Shown here: in pieces, positions 11,284 to 19,973 of the stretch
How the letters are laid out: the number at the start of each line of letters is the position of its first letter
Position numbering within the stretch: position 1 is the first letter of the stretch
Source: Kineococcus radiotolerans SRS30216 = ATCC BAA-149
GTDB lineage: Bacteria > Actinomycetota > Actinomycetes > Actinomycetales > Kineococcaceae
Reading direction: 5' to 3'
Length of the DNA stretch: 32,000 nucleotides
NCBI RefSeq assembly: GCF_000017305.1
Contig: NC_009664.2
Coordinates: forward strand, 3,510,001 to 3,542,000
Made by a program: the position numbers and the translations under genes
The notes under the pieces: generated by a model
What the model saw: only the letters and a program-made list of their open reading frames with translations
Databases searched by the model: none
What the model was told of the DNA's origin: nothing

Positions 11284-12075
11284 TCACCACCGCCGGTCCA
11301 GCGCCGCGAGCGCACCGGTCACGACGGGGGCCAGCGTCCGGGCCGACCCCCGGGTCCCGGGTTGCCCGCTGCGCACCGCCGCCGCCAGCAGCACCCGCCG
11401 CCGGCCCCGCTGCGCGGTCCCGACGGTGACCGCCGTGCCGAAGCGGCCGGTCGCGGTGCTGCCGGTGAACGTCCACCCCCCGGGCAGCCGGGTCGCGGGG
11501 AACAGGGCGGCCAGCACCGCGCGCGTCCCCAGGGGCAGCGCCGCCCCGAGCAGCAGCACGCCGTGGCCGGTGGCGAGGGCGGTGACGGTCGTGGTGTCGC
11601 GCGGGTCCCAGGGAGCGACGTCGCAGCAGTCCGGGGCGGCCCGGTCCAGCCGGGTCCGCTCGTCCCCGAGCCCGCGGCAGAAGGCGGTCAGCGCCGCCCG
11701 GCCGCCGGCCTGGCGCACGAGGAGGTTGGTGGCGGTGGCGTCGCCCCGGCGCAGGGCGGCGTCGGCGAGGACGGTCACCGGCAGCTCCCCCTCCCGGTGC
11801 CAGGAGGACACGGGGGAGGAGCGGACGACGTGGCGGCGGGCGACGGGGACGACCCGGGTGAGGGCCGCGGGACCGCGGAAGCGCAGGAGCTTGCCCAGGG
11901 CCAGGCCGGCCGAGAGGGTCAGGACCGGGCAGGGCCGCTCACCCCGGTGCTCCAGGCGGCGGCCCGTGAGCAGGTCCGTGGCGCTCAGCGAGACCTCGCC
12001 GGGGTCGAGCTCCGCCCCCCGGCCCAGGACCCCCAGCAGCCCGAGGGTGACGGCGCTGCGTCGCGACACGTCCAC
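11284..12075 (-). CDS. Class A beta-lactamase-fold protein with twin-arginine signal; all catalytic residues substituted (predicted non-catalytic)
   Basis: GTG 12075 lies 5 nt after GGAGGAGG. The N-terminus VSRRSAVTLGLLGVLG is Tat-like. Hand alignment to TEM/BlaC matches GDATATNLL to SDNTAANLL, RLDRAAPD...DPRDTTT to RLDRWEPELN...DERDTT, and WTFTGSTATG to W..DKTG.G. Confidence 0.7.
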   Translation of the reverse strand: MDVSRRSAVTLGLLGVLGRGAELDPGEVSLSATDLLTGRRLEHRGERPCPVLTLSAGLALGKLLRFRGPAALTRVVPVARRHVVRSSPVSSWHREGELPVTVLADAALRRGDATATNLLVRQAGGRAALTAFCRGLGDERTRLDRAAPDCCDVAPWDPRDTTTVTALATGHGVLLLGAALPLGTRAVLAALFPATRLPGGWTFTGSTATGRFGTAVTVGTAQRGRRRVLLAAAVRSGQPGTRGSARTLAPVVTGALAALDRRW

Positions 12076-12205
12076 GCCGCCTCCTCCGCCGGTCCCGGGA
12101 GGACCAGGGTGCTCCGTCGCGGCGGTCCGCGCCAGGGTGGCGGCGTGCCCTCTCCTCGGAGCGCGCCGGTCGTGCGCCCGACGTGGGCCCGGTCCCGCCC
12201 GCCGG

Positions 12206-13231
12206 TCAGGCCGGGCGCTGCCAGCCCAGGGCGGGTGCGACGTGCTCCACGATCGAGCTCATGAGGTGGGCGTTGTAGTCCACGCCGAGCGCGTTGGGGA
12301 TCGTCACCAGCAGGGTGTCGGCCTCGCGGACGGCGGCGTCCTTCGCGAGCTGCTCGGCCACCACGTCCGGCTCGCCGGCGTAGGTCCGGCCGAAGCGGGC
12401 CAGGCCTGGTTCCCCGAGGGAGCCGACGCTGTCGGTGGAGTCGCGGTCACGGCCGAAGTAGGCCTCGTCGAGGTCGTCGACGATGGGCATGACGCTGCGC
12501 GACACCGAGACCCGCGGTTCGCGACGGTGCCCGGAGTCCTTCCAGACCTGGCGGTACAGCGCGATCTGCTCGGCCTGCAGCTCGTCGAAGGGGATGCCGG
12601 TGTCCTCGGTGAGCAGGGTGGAGCTCATGAGGTTCAGGCCCTGCTCGGCGGTCCAGCGCGCGGTCGCGCGCGAGCCCGACCCCCACCAGATCCGGTCCGA
12701 GAGGCCCGGGGACTGCGGCAGGACCGGCAGTGCCCGCGAGCTGCCCGTCATCCGCGGGTTCGCTTCCGCGACCCTGCCGCCGGCGATGGCGTGGCGGAAC
12801 ACGTCGAGGTGGCGGCGGGCCATGTCGCCCTCGGTCTCGCCCTCGGCGGGGACGTACCCGAAGGTCGCCGGCCCGTGCAGCGCGGGCTCGGGTGAACCGC
12901 GGCTCACGCCGAGCTGCAGGCGGCCGTCGGAGAGGAGGTCGGTCATCGCCGCCTCCTCCGCCATGTAGAGGGGGTTCTCGTAGCGCATGTCGATGACCCC
13001 GGTGCCGAGCTCGATGCGGCTCGTGCGGGCCGCCATCGCCGCGAGGACGGGGAAGGGGGCCGCCTGCTGGCGGGCGAAGTGGTGGACGCGGACGTAGGCG
13101 CCGTCGAAGCCGAGCTCCTCGGCGGCCACCGCCAGCTCCACCGTCTGCACGAGGGCGTCCCGGGCGGTGCGCGCCGCCGAGCCGGGCACGGGCTGGTAGT
13201 GCCCGAAGGAGAGGAAACCGATGCGCTTCAC
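12206..13231 (-). CDS. LLM-class (luciferase-like) flavin-dependent oxidoreductase
   Basis: 341 aa. (M)KRIGFLSFGHY...AEELGFDGAYVRVHHF...RIELGTGVIDMRYENPLYMAEEAAMTDLLSDGRLQLGVSRG is a typical LLM family profile. The start codon is GTG. Confidence 0.88.
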   Translation of the reverse strand: MKRIGFLSFGHYQPVPGSAARTARDALVQTVELAVAAEELGFDGAYVRVHHFARQQAAPFPVLAAMAARTSRIELGTGVIDMRYENPLYMAEEAAMTDLLSDGRLQLGVSRGSPEPALHGPATFGYVPAEGETEGDMARRHLDVFRHAIAGGRVAEANPRMTGSSRALPVLPQSPGLSDRIWWGSGSRATARWTAEQGLNLMSSTLLTEDTGIPFDELQAEQIALYRQVWKDSGHRREPRVSVSRSVMPIVDDLDEAYFGRDRDSTDSVGSLGEPGLARFGRTYAGEPDVVAEQLAKDAAVREADTLLVTIPNALGVDYNAHLMSSIVEHVAPALGWQRPA

Positions 13232-13259
13232 ACTTCATTGAACCATCAAGTTCCCCGTC

Positions 13260-14093
13260 GTGTTCCAGGATGGGGGAGTGATCTCCAAGGACACCCAGCT
13301 GTGCATCTCCCTCTCCGGCCGCCCCAGCAACCTCGGGACCCGCTTCCACAACTTCCTCTACGCCGAGCTCGGCCTCGACTTCGTCTACAAGGCGTTCACC
13401 ACCACCGACCTCGCCGCCGCCGTCGGCGGCATCCGCGCCCTCGGCATCCGCGGGGCCGGGATCTCCATGCCCTTCAAGGAAGCCGTCATCCCCCTCGTCG
13501 ACGCGCTCGAGCCCTCCGCCGCGGCCATCGACTCCGTCAACACGATCGTCAACACCGACGACCACCTCGTCGCGCACAACACCGACTACCTCGCCGTCGC
13601 CGGGCTGCTCGCCTCCCACGGGATCCGCCCCGCCGGGACCGCCGCCGTCCTCGGCAGCGGCGGGATGGCCAAGGCGGCGCTCGCGGCCCTGCGCGACGCG
13701 GGTTTCGGAGACCTGCTCGTCGTCGCCCGCAACGACCAGGCCGGCCCGGCGCTGGCGCGGGCCTACGGCGCGCGCTGGCTGCCCGAGCTGGGGACCCAGC
13801 GCCCCGCCCTGCTGCTCAACGCCACCCCCGTCGGGATGGCCGGCGGTCCCGCGGCGGGCGACCTGCCCGCCCCGCGCGAGGCCGTCGAGGCCGCCGAGGC
13901 GGTCTTCGAGGTCGTCGCCGTCCCCGAGGAGACCCCGCTGGTCCGCCTCGGGCGGGAGCTGGGCAAGCGGGTCGTCACCGGCACCGAGGTCGCCGCCCTG
14001 CAGGCCGCGGAGCAGTTCGTCCTCTACACCGGGGTGCGTCCCGGCCCCGACCAGGTGAGCCGGGCGGGTGAGTTCTCGCGCGCCGCGGGCTGA
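13260..14093 (+). CDS. Shikimate/quinate dehydrogenase family protein (AroE paralogue)
   Basis: GISMPFKEAV, SVNTIV, the NTDY motif and the glycine-rich dinucleotide loop LGSGGMAKAA are present. The start is GTG 13260, or GTG 13278 which follows GGGGGAG. Confidence 0.85.
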   Translation: MFQDGGVISKDTQLCISLSGRPSNLGTRFHNFLYAELGLDFVYKAFTTTDLAAAVGGIRALGIRGAGISMPFKEAVIPLVDALEPSAAAIDSVNTIVNTDDHLVAHNTDYLAVAGLLASHGIRPAGTAAVLGSGGMAKAALAALRDAGFGDLLVVARNDQAGPALARAYGARWLPELGTQRPALLLNATPVGMAGGPAAGDLPAPREAVEAAEAVFEVVAVPEETPLVRLGRELGKRVVTGTEVAALQAAEQFVLYTGVRPGPDQVSRAGEFSRAAG

Positions 14094-14133
14094 GCGGCGC
14101 GGTTCGCGCGGGTGGCGGGGTGACGATGCTCGG

Positions 14134-15075
14134 ATGCGCTCGTCACCCTCCCGCCGCATCCAGCCCGCCCCGGCTCGTGCCGACGTCCCCGGGGTGACCA
14201 GCGCCCCCGGACCCCAGCCGCCGCTCCACCCCCGGCGAGCGGGCAGCGACGCCGGCGGCCGGTCGTGGACGGCCGTCCTGGTCGCCGTCCCGGCGGTGGG
14301 CGTGCTCGCCAGCGCCGTCGCCGCGGCCCTCGCCCCGGCGACGGTGGCCCTCCTCGTCGCCCTCGGCTGCGCGCTGGCCCTGGCCGGGGTCCTGGCCCTG
14401 GCGCTGGCCGCCGCTCACCGGGCCCACCGGGAGGCCGAGCGGGCCGCGGGTGCCCTGCTCTCGGCCCTGGAGGCCGCGCGCGGCGAGAACGTCGACGACG
14501 CCGTGACCGGCCTGCTCAACCGGCGCGGCCTCATGCTCGTCGGCAACCAGGTCCTGGAGTCCGCTCGCCGCTCCGGGGGAGCGGTGCACGCCTGCGTCGT
14601 CGAGGTCACCCCCGCCGTCCGGCTCGGCGGCCCGGCCCCGACCCCCGAGCAGGCCCACCACCAGCGCGAGGCGGAGTGGGCGGCGACCGCGGTCGCGCTG
14701 CGCGCCGCGACCCGCACGTCCGACGTCGTCGCCCGCACCGAGGAGGGCCGCTTCGTCGTGCTGGGCCCCGGTGCCGGGCTGCACGCCCAGGAGCTGGAGC
14801 GCCGCGTGCGGGTCGGGCTCGCCCAGGAACGCCTCCAGGTGGCGGCCGCCGGCGTCCCGGCCCCCGCCGAGGGCGGGGAACGCCTCGCGCGGCTGTCCGT
14901 GGAGGTCGGGGCCGCGGTCCTCGCCCCCTGGGACGAGGGCGCCGTCCCCGAGCTGCTGGTCCGCGCCGAGCAGGCCCTCGCCCAGCGCCGGGCCCTGCGC
15001 CGCAGCACCCCCCAGCACGGCTGGGGGCGGCGGCGGGCCGACCGCAGCGCCCGCCCCGACCGCCCGCAGGCCTGA
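14134..15075 (+). CDS. Membrane protein with degenerate GGDEF domain (GGDEF replaced by EEGRF)
   Basis: ATG 14134. It has two hydrophobic helices (WTAVLVAVPAVGVLASAVAAAL, VALLVALGCALALAGVLALALAAA), a helical linker, then DAVTGLLNRRGL...VVARTEEGRFVVLG. This is the GGDEF-domain scaffold with altered signature and metal-site residues. Confidence 0.75.
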   Translation: MRSSPSRRIQPAPARADVPGVTSAPGPQPPLHPRRAGSDAGGRSWTAVLVAVPAVGVLASAVAAALAPATVALLVALGCALALAGVLALALAAAHRAHREAERAAGALLSALEAARGENVDDAVTGLLNRRGLMLVGNQVLESARRSGGAVHACVVEVTPAVRLGGPAPTPEQAHHQREAEWAATAVALRAATRTSDVVARTEEGRFVVLGPGAGLHAQELERRVRVGLAQERLQVAAAGVPAPAEGGERLARLSVEVGAAVLAPWDEGAVPELLVRAEQALAQRRALRRSTPQHGWGRRRADRSARPDRPQA

Positions 15076-15175
15076 CCGGCACGCCGGGCGCCCGACGGAG
15101 TAGGCTGTCCACGTGTCTTCCCGCCGACTCGCCGGCCGGCGCTGAGCTGCTGCGACCTCGCAGGTGCCGGCGCCG

Positions 15176-15199
15176 AGACCCCTCCTGAGCGAGGGGTCT
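15176..15199 (+). terminator. 9-bp hairpin (AGACCCCTC / GAGGGGTCT, loop CTGAGC) between the GGDEF gene and leuS; either a terminator or a leuS leader element
   Basis: Read from the sequence. It lies 100 nt after the upstream stop and 58 nt before the leuS ATG. Confidence 0.35.
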
Positions 15200-15256
15200 T
15201 CCGCTGTCCGGAGGAGGTCTCCGGTGCGGGACGCACGGACGCACCGGGAGGACGAG

Positions 15257-17791
15257 ATGACGCAGACGGACACGCAGGCCACGGGGCCCGACCGCGCCGA
15301 GGAGCAGGACGGGCAGCGCTACGACGCGTTCGCCCTGCAGGAGAAGTGGTTGCCCGTCTGGGACGAGCGCAAGCCGTTCCGGAGCGGTGAACCGGGCGAC
15401 GAGCGCCCGAAGAAGTACGTGCTGGACATGTTCCCCTACCCCTCGGGGGACCTGCACATGGGTCACGCCGAGGCCTACGCCCTCGGCGACGTCATCGCGC
15501 GGTACTGGCTGCAGCGCGGGTTCGACGTCATGCACCCCATCGGCTGGGACGCCTTCGGCCTGCCCGCCGAGAACGCCGCCATCAAGCGCGGCCTGGACCC
15601 GCGGCGGTGGACCTACGACAACATCGCCCAGCAGCGCGCCTCGATGCGCCGCTACGCGTGCTCCTTCGACTGGGACCGGGTCCTGCACACCTCCGACCCG
15701 GAGTACTACCGGTGGAACCAGTGGCTGTTCCTGAAGCTGTACGAGAAGGGCCTGGCCTACCGCAAGGACTCCCTGGTCAACTGGGACCCGGTCGACCAGA
15801 CGGTGCTGGCCAACGAGCAGGTGCTGCCCGACGGCACCTCCGAGCGCTCCGGCGCGAAGGTGGTCAAGAAGAAGCTGACCCAGTGGTACTTCCGGATCAC
15901 CGAGTACGCCGACCGGCTGCTGGACGACCTGGACACCCTGGAGGGCCAGTGGCCGGCCAAGGTCATCTCGATGCAGCGCAACTGGATCGGGCGCTCCACC
16001 GGCGCTGAGGTCGAGTTCGCCATCGAGGGCCGCGACGAGCCCGTCACCGTCTACACGACGCGCCCGGACACCCTGCACGGCGCGACGTTCATGGTCGTCG
16101 CCGCCGACTCCGACCTGGCCGAGGAGCTCGCCGCCGGCGCCCCCGACGACGTCCGCGCGGCGTTCGAGGCGTACCGCACCCAGGTGCAGGAGACCTCCGA
16201 CATCGACCGGCTGTCCTCCGAGCGGGAGAAGACCGGCGTCCCGCTGGGCCGGTACGCGGTCAACCCCGTCAACGGGGAACGGCTGCCGATCTGGGCCGCC
16301 GACTACGTGCTGGCCGACTACGGCACCGGCGCCATCATGGCCGTGCCCGCCCACGACCAGCGCGACCTCGACTTCGCCCGGGCGTTCGGCCTGCCCGTCC
16401 GCGTCGTCGTCGACGTGCGCGACGACGACGGGAACCCGCTGCCGGACCCGGCGGAGTCCGGGACCGCCACCGCCGGCGACGGCGTCCTGGTGAACTCCGG
16501 CGCGCTGGACGGGCTGGGCAAGCAGGCCGGCATCGCGAAGGCGATCGAGGACCTGACCGCCGCCGGGAAGGGCCGCGCGGCCAAGAACTACCGCCTGCGC
16601 GACTGGCTGATCTCGCGCCAGCGCTACTGGGGCACGCCCATCCCGGTGGTGCACACCGAGAACGGCGAGGTCCCCGTCCCCGAGGACCAGCTGCCGGTCC
16701 TGCTGCCGCCGAGCGAGGGGCTGAACCTGACCCCCAAGGGCACCTCGCCGCTGGGCGCGGCCGAGGACTGGGTCAACGTGCCCAGCCCCGTCGACGGTTC
16801 CCCCGCGCGCCGCGACCCGGACACGATGGACACGTTCGTCGACTCCTCCTGGTACTTCCTGCGCTTCGTGTCCCCGCACGACGACACGAAGGCCTTCGAC
16901 ACCGACCTCATCGCGCAGTGGGGTCCCGTCGACCAGTACGTCGGCGGCGTCACCCACGCGATCCTGCACCTGCTCTACGCCCGCTTCATCACCAAGGTGC
17001 TGCACGACCTGGGGTACCTGCCCTTCGACGAGCCCTTCACCCGCCTGCTCAACCAGGGCATGGTGCAGATGGACGGTTCGGCGATGAGCAAGTCGAAGGG
17101 CAACATCGTCCGGCTCTCCGACCAGCTGGAGGAGCACGGCGTCGACGCCATCCGGCTCACCATGGCGTTCGCGGGCCCGCCCGAGGACGACATCGACTGG
17201 GCCGACGTGTCCCCCTCGGGTTCCGCGAAGTTCCTGGGCCGGGCCTGGCGCCTGGCCCGCGACGTCACCTCCGAGCCCGGGGTCGACCCCACCACCGGGG
17301 ACGCCGCCCTGCGGTCGGTGACCCACCGGACCCTGCACGAGGTGTCCCAGCACGTCGAGGCGTTCCGCTTCAACGTCGCCGTCGCCCGCCTCATGGAACT
17401 GGTCAACGCCACCCGCAAGGCCATCGACTCCGGGCCCGGGGCCGGTGACCCCGCCGTCCGCGAGGCCGTCGAGGCCACCGCGGTCGTGCTGTCGCTGTTC
17501 GCGCCCTACGCGGCCGAGGACATGTGGTCCCTGCTGGGGCACGACCCGTGCGTGGCGCGGGCCGGGTGGCCCGCCGTCGACGAGTCGCTGCTCGTCCAGG
17601 ACACCGTCACCTGCGTCGTCCAGGTGCAGGGCAAGGTGCGCGACCGCCTCGAGGTGTCCCCGGACATCACCCAGGACGCGTTGCGGGAACTGGCCCTGGC
17701 CTCGGAGAAGGTCCAGGCCGCCCTCGGCGGGCGCGACCTGCGGACGGTCGTGGTCCGCGCGCCCAAGCTCGTCAACATCGTCCCCGCCTGA
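15257..17791 (+). CDS. leuS: Leucine--tRNA ligase
   Basis: ATG 15257 follows GGGAGGA. It has the class I HIGH-type motif ([11 protein letters not shown]), a KMSKS-type motif (AMSKSKGN) and the CP1 editing domain region. 844 aa. The listed ORF start at 15164 is judged an extension. Confidence 0.97.
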
Positions 17792-17798
17792 GGTCGCG

Positions 17799-18311
17799 GT
17801 GGACGACGCGGAGGGTTTCCGGCTCACCACGCCGCGGCTGGTGCTGCGGCGCTGGACCCAGGCCGACCGGGAACCCTTCGCGTCGATGAACGCTGACCCG
17901 GAGGTCATGCGGCACTTCCCGTCCGTGCTGGACCGGGCCGCGTCCGACGCCCTCGCCGACTACGCCGACTCCCGCTTCGACGAGTTCCCGTACGGCCTGG
18001 CCGCGGTGGAGCGGCGCTCCGACGGGGAGTTCCTCGGGTTCACCGGCCTGCACCGGATGCGCTGGTACCCCGACGACGTCGAGATCGGCTGGCGGCTGGC
18101 CCGTCACGCCTGGGGTCACGGCTTCGCCACCGAGGCGGCCCGGGCCTGGGTCGAGCACGCCCGTGACGTGCTGGGGTTGTCGCGGCTCATCTCGATCGTC
18201 GCCCCGGACAACGCGGCCAGCCTCGCGGTGTGCCGCAAGCTCGGCATGAGCCAGGGGTGGACCGGGGTGCGCGAGGAGCGCCCGCACGTCGTGATGACGC
18301 TCGCGCTCTGA
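17799..18311 (+). CDS. GNAT family N-acetyltransferase (RimJ/RimL-like)
   Basis: GTG 17799 lies 7 nt after the leuS stop. LTTPRLVLRRWTQADREPFASMNADPEVMRHF... and IGWRLARHAWGHGFATEAARAWVEHA are typical of the Acetyltransf_3-type GNAT. Confidence 0.88.
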   Translation: MDDAEGFRLTTPRLVLRRWTQADREPFASMNADPEVMRHFPSVLDRAASDALADYADSRFDEFPYGLAAVERRSDGEFLGFTGLHRMRWYPDDVEIGWRLARHAWGHGFATEAARAWVEHARDVLGLSRLISIVAPDNAASLAVCRKLGMSQGWTGVREERPHVVMTLAL

Positions 18312-19002
18312 CGGCCCGCGGCGCGTTCGCCGACGCCGCCAGCTGGGCTCCCGTCACCACCGACCTGCTGGAGCGCGGTTTCACCATCCGCGTCCCCCGG
18401 TGGGCAACCGCAGCCTCGCCGCCGACGCCGCCTACGTCCGTTCCGTCGTCGAGCAGGTCGAGGGGCCCGTCCTGCTGGCCGGGCACTCCTACGGCGGCGC
18501 GGTCATCACCGTCGCCGGCGTCGCGGAGAACGTCGTCGGCCTGGTCCACGTCTCCGGTTACGCCCTCGCCGAGGGCGAGAGCCTGGGGCAGCTGCAGGGC
18601 GGGTTCCCCGACTCCGACCTCGCCGCCCACCTCGGGTCCACGCCCTACCCCGTCGAGGGCGGTGAACCCGGCACCGACGTGTCCGCCGCGGTCGAGGCGT
18701 TCCCCGCCGTGTTCGCGGCGGGCGTCCCGGAGGCCACGGCGAAGGTGCTCGCCGTCTTCCAGCGGCCGTTGTCGGCGTTCGCCTCCGGCGAGCCGGCCTC
18801 GGCCGCGGCCTGGCGGACCCGGCCCTCCTGGGGCGTCGTCTCCAGCGTCGACCGCACCATCAACCCCGAGGTCGAGCGCTTCGGCTACACCCGGGCCGGG
18901 GTGCGCAGGACCGTGGAGCTCGACGCCCCGCACCTGGTCGTGCTGACCCACCCGCGCGAGGTGGCCGACGTCATCGCGGCCGCCGCGGCCGAGGTCGGCT
19001 GA
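18312..19002 (+). pseudogene. Alpha/beta hydrolase remnant: lacks start codon and first beta-strand, and is frameshifted at a C5 run
   Basis: Frame 2 reads ..ARGAFADAASWAPVTTDLLERGFTIRVP up to the C run at 18394-18398. Homology then continues in frame 1 (ORF 18400..19002): NRSLAADAAYVRSV..GPVLLAGHSYGGAVI (nucleophile elbow), SVDRTINP (Asp), DAPHLVVLTHP (His). No ATG or GTG lies between the GNAT stop and GAFAD. Confidence 0.6.
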
Positions 19003-19012
19003 CCCCACCCGC

Positions 19013-19050
19013 CCGCGGGCCCGGGACGGTGACCCGCCCCGGGCCCGCGG
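19013..19050 (+). terminator. Perfect 13-bp GC hairpin (12-nt loop) after the hydrolase remnant
   Basis: CCGCGGGCCCGGG (19013-19025) pairs with CCCGGGCCCGCGG (19038-19050). It starts 11 nt after the stop at 19002. Confidence 0.5.
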
Positions 19051-19161
19051 CGATCCTCGGGGGTCTCCGCGCGGGGATTTCCCGCGCCGGCCACCCGGGT
19101 TCCCGACGGTGCCCCTGTCAGGGTCAGTCCCGGCCCGGCGCGCACCCGTAGCCTGACCCGC

Positions 19162-19758
19162 GTGCCCGACGAAGCGGATCCCCCGAGAGCCCGAGCAGGC
19201 GAGGACGCGTGGCCGGCCGGCACGGGACCCGACGCGGAGCACCTGCAGCAGGTCGTGGAGTCGTTGCAGGAGGTTCCGGCGGTCCTGCGCACCCGGCACC
19301 TGGACGTCCTGGCCTCGAACCGGCTGGCGCGGCGGCTGAGCGCGGCCTTCGAACCCGGGGTGAACCTGGGGCGGTACACGTTCCTGAACCCGGTCGTCCC
19401 GACCTTCACCGACGACTGGGGGCGGGTCAGCGGGGTGGTCGCGTCCTCGTTGCGCACCTCCCTGGAGACGCACCTGGAGGACCCGGGTTTCCGTTCCCTG
19501 GTGGGGGAGCTCTCCGCCCGCAGCGACGACTTCAGCCGGGCCTGGGCGCGGCCGTCACTGCCGGACCCGAGCGCGGGCCGGCTCGACTGGGACCACCCGG
19601 TCGTCGGCCGGATGCGGCTCGCCTTCCAGGACCTCTCCCCGGGGTACGAGCGGGACGGTGTCGTGCTGACGCTGTGGCGGCCGGTGGGCGCGGAGTCCGC
19701 GCGGCGCCTGGACCGGTTGCGCACCATGGGGATCTCCGCGGCTCCGCCCCCGCGGTGA
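19162..19758 (+). CDS. MmyB-type ligand-binding domain protein lacking the N-terminal HTH
   Basis: 198 aa with high GC3. PAVLRTRHLDVLASNRLARRL...NLGRYTFLNP...DPGFRSLVGELSARSDDFSRAW...HPVVGRMRLAFQDL...LTLWRPVGAESARRL aligns domain-for-domain with the C-terminal half of the full-length MmyB-like regulator at 20697..21647. I recognised no XRE-type HTH upstream. Confidence 0.7.
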   Translation: MPDEADPPRARAGEDAWPAGTGPDAEHLQQVVESLQEVPAVLRTRHLDVLASNRLARRLSAAFEPGVNLGRYTFLNPVVPTFTDDWGRVSGVVASSLRTSLETHLEDPGFRSLVGELSARSDDFSRAWARPSLPDPSAGRLDWDHPVVGRMRLAFQDLSPGYERDGVVLTLWRPVGAESARRLDRLRTMGISAAPPPR

Positions 19759-19763
19759 CACCT

Positions 19764-19784
19764 CCCCGGGCGCTGCGCCCGGGG
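19764..19784 (+). terminator. 9-bp hairpin (CCCCGGGCG / CGCCCGGGG, 3-nt loop) starting 6 nt after the stop at 19758
   Basis: Read from the sequence. It is followed by TT. Confidence 0.35.
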
Positions 19785-19973
19785 TTCCCGGGTCGCCGGC
19801 GGGCCCAGGCAGACCCTCCCAGGGACAGGACGGTTCCCTCCGCGCCTGGCTAGCCTCCGGAACCGTGCCCGCAGGAAACCCCACCGCGAACCGGTGCCCG
19901 TCGACGACCCCGCGCCGGGTGGACCGGGTGCCCCGGCCCCCGGGGTGCTCCCGCTCGTCGACCGGGGCGCCGG

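Noticed and set aside
15076-15256. T-box riboswitch upstream of leuS
   Set aside because: I could not find the T-box consensus or a specifier-loop architecture. There are only two short hairpins.
14606-17908. 1100-aa ORF on the minus strand
   Set aside because: It is entirely antisense to leuS and the GGDEF gene. It is Arg/Gly/Pro/Val-rich with no recognisable motifs. This is a typical high-GC shadow ORF.
18230-18311. GTG 18230 as the start of the alpha/beta hydrolase
   Set aside because: That frame overlaps the GNAT 3' end by 82 nt, has low GC3 there, and does not supply the conserved hydrophobic strand plus HG motif. The pseudogene interpretation is preferred.
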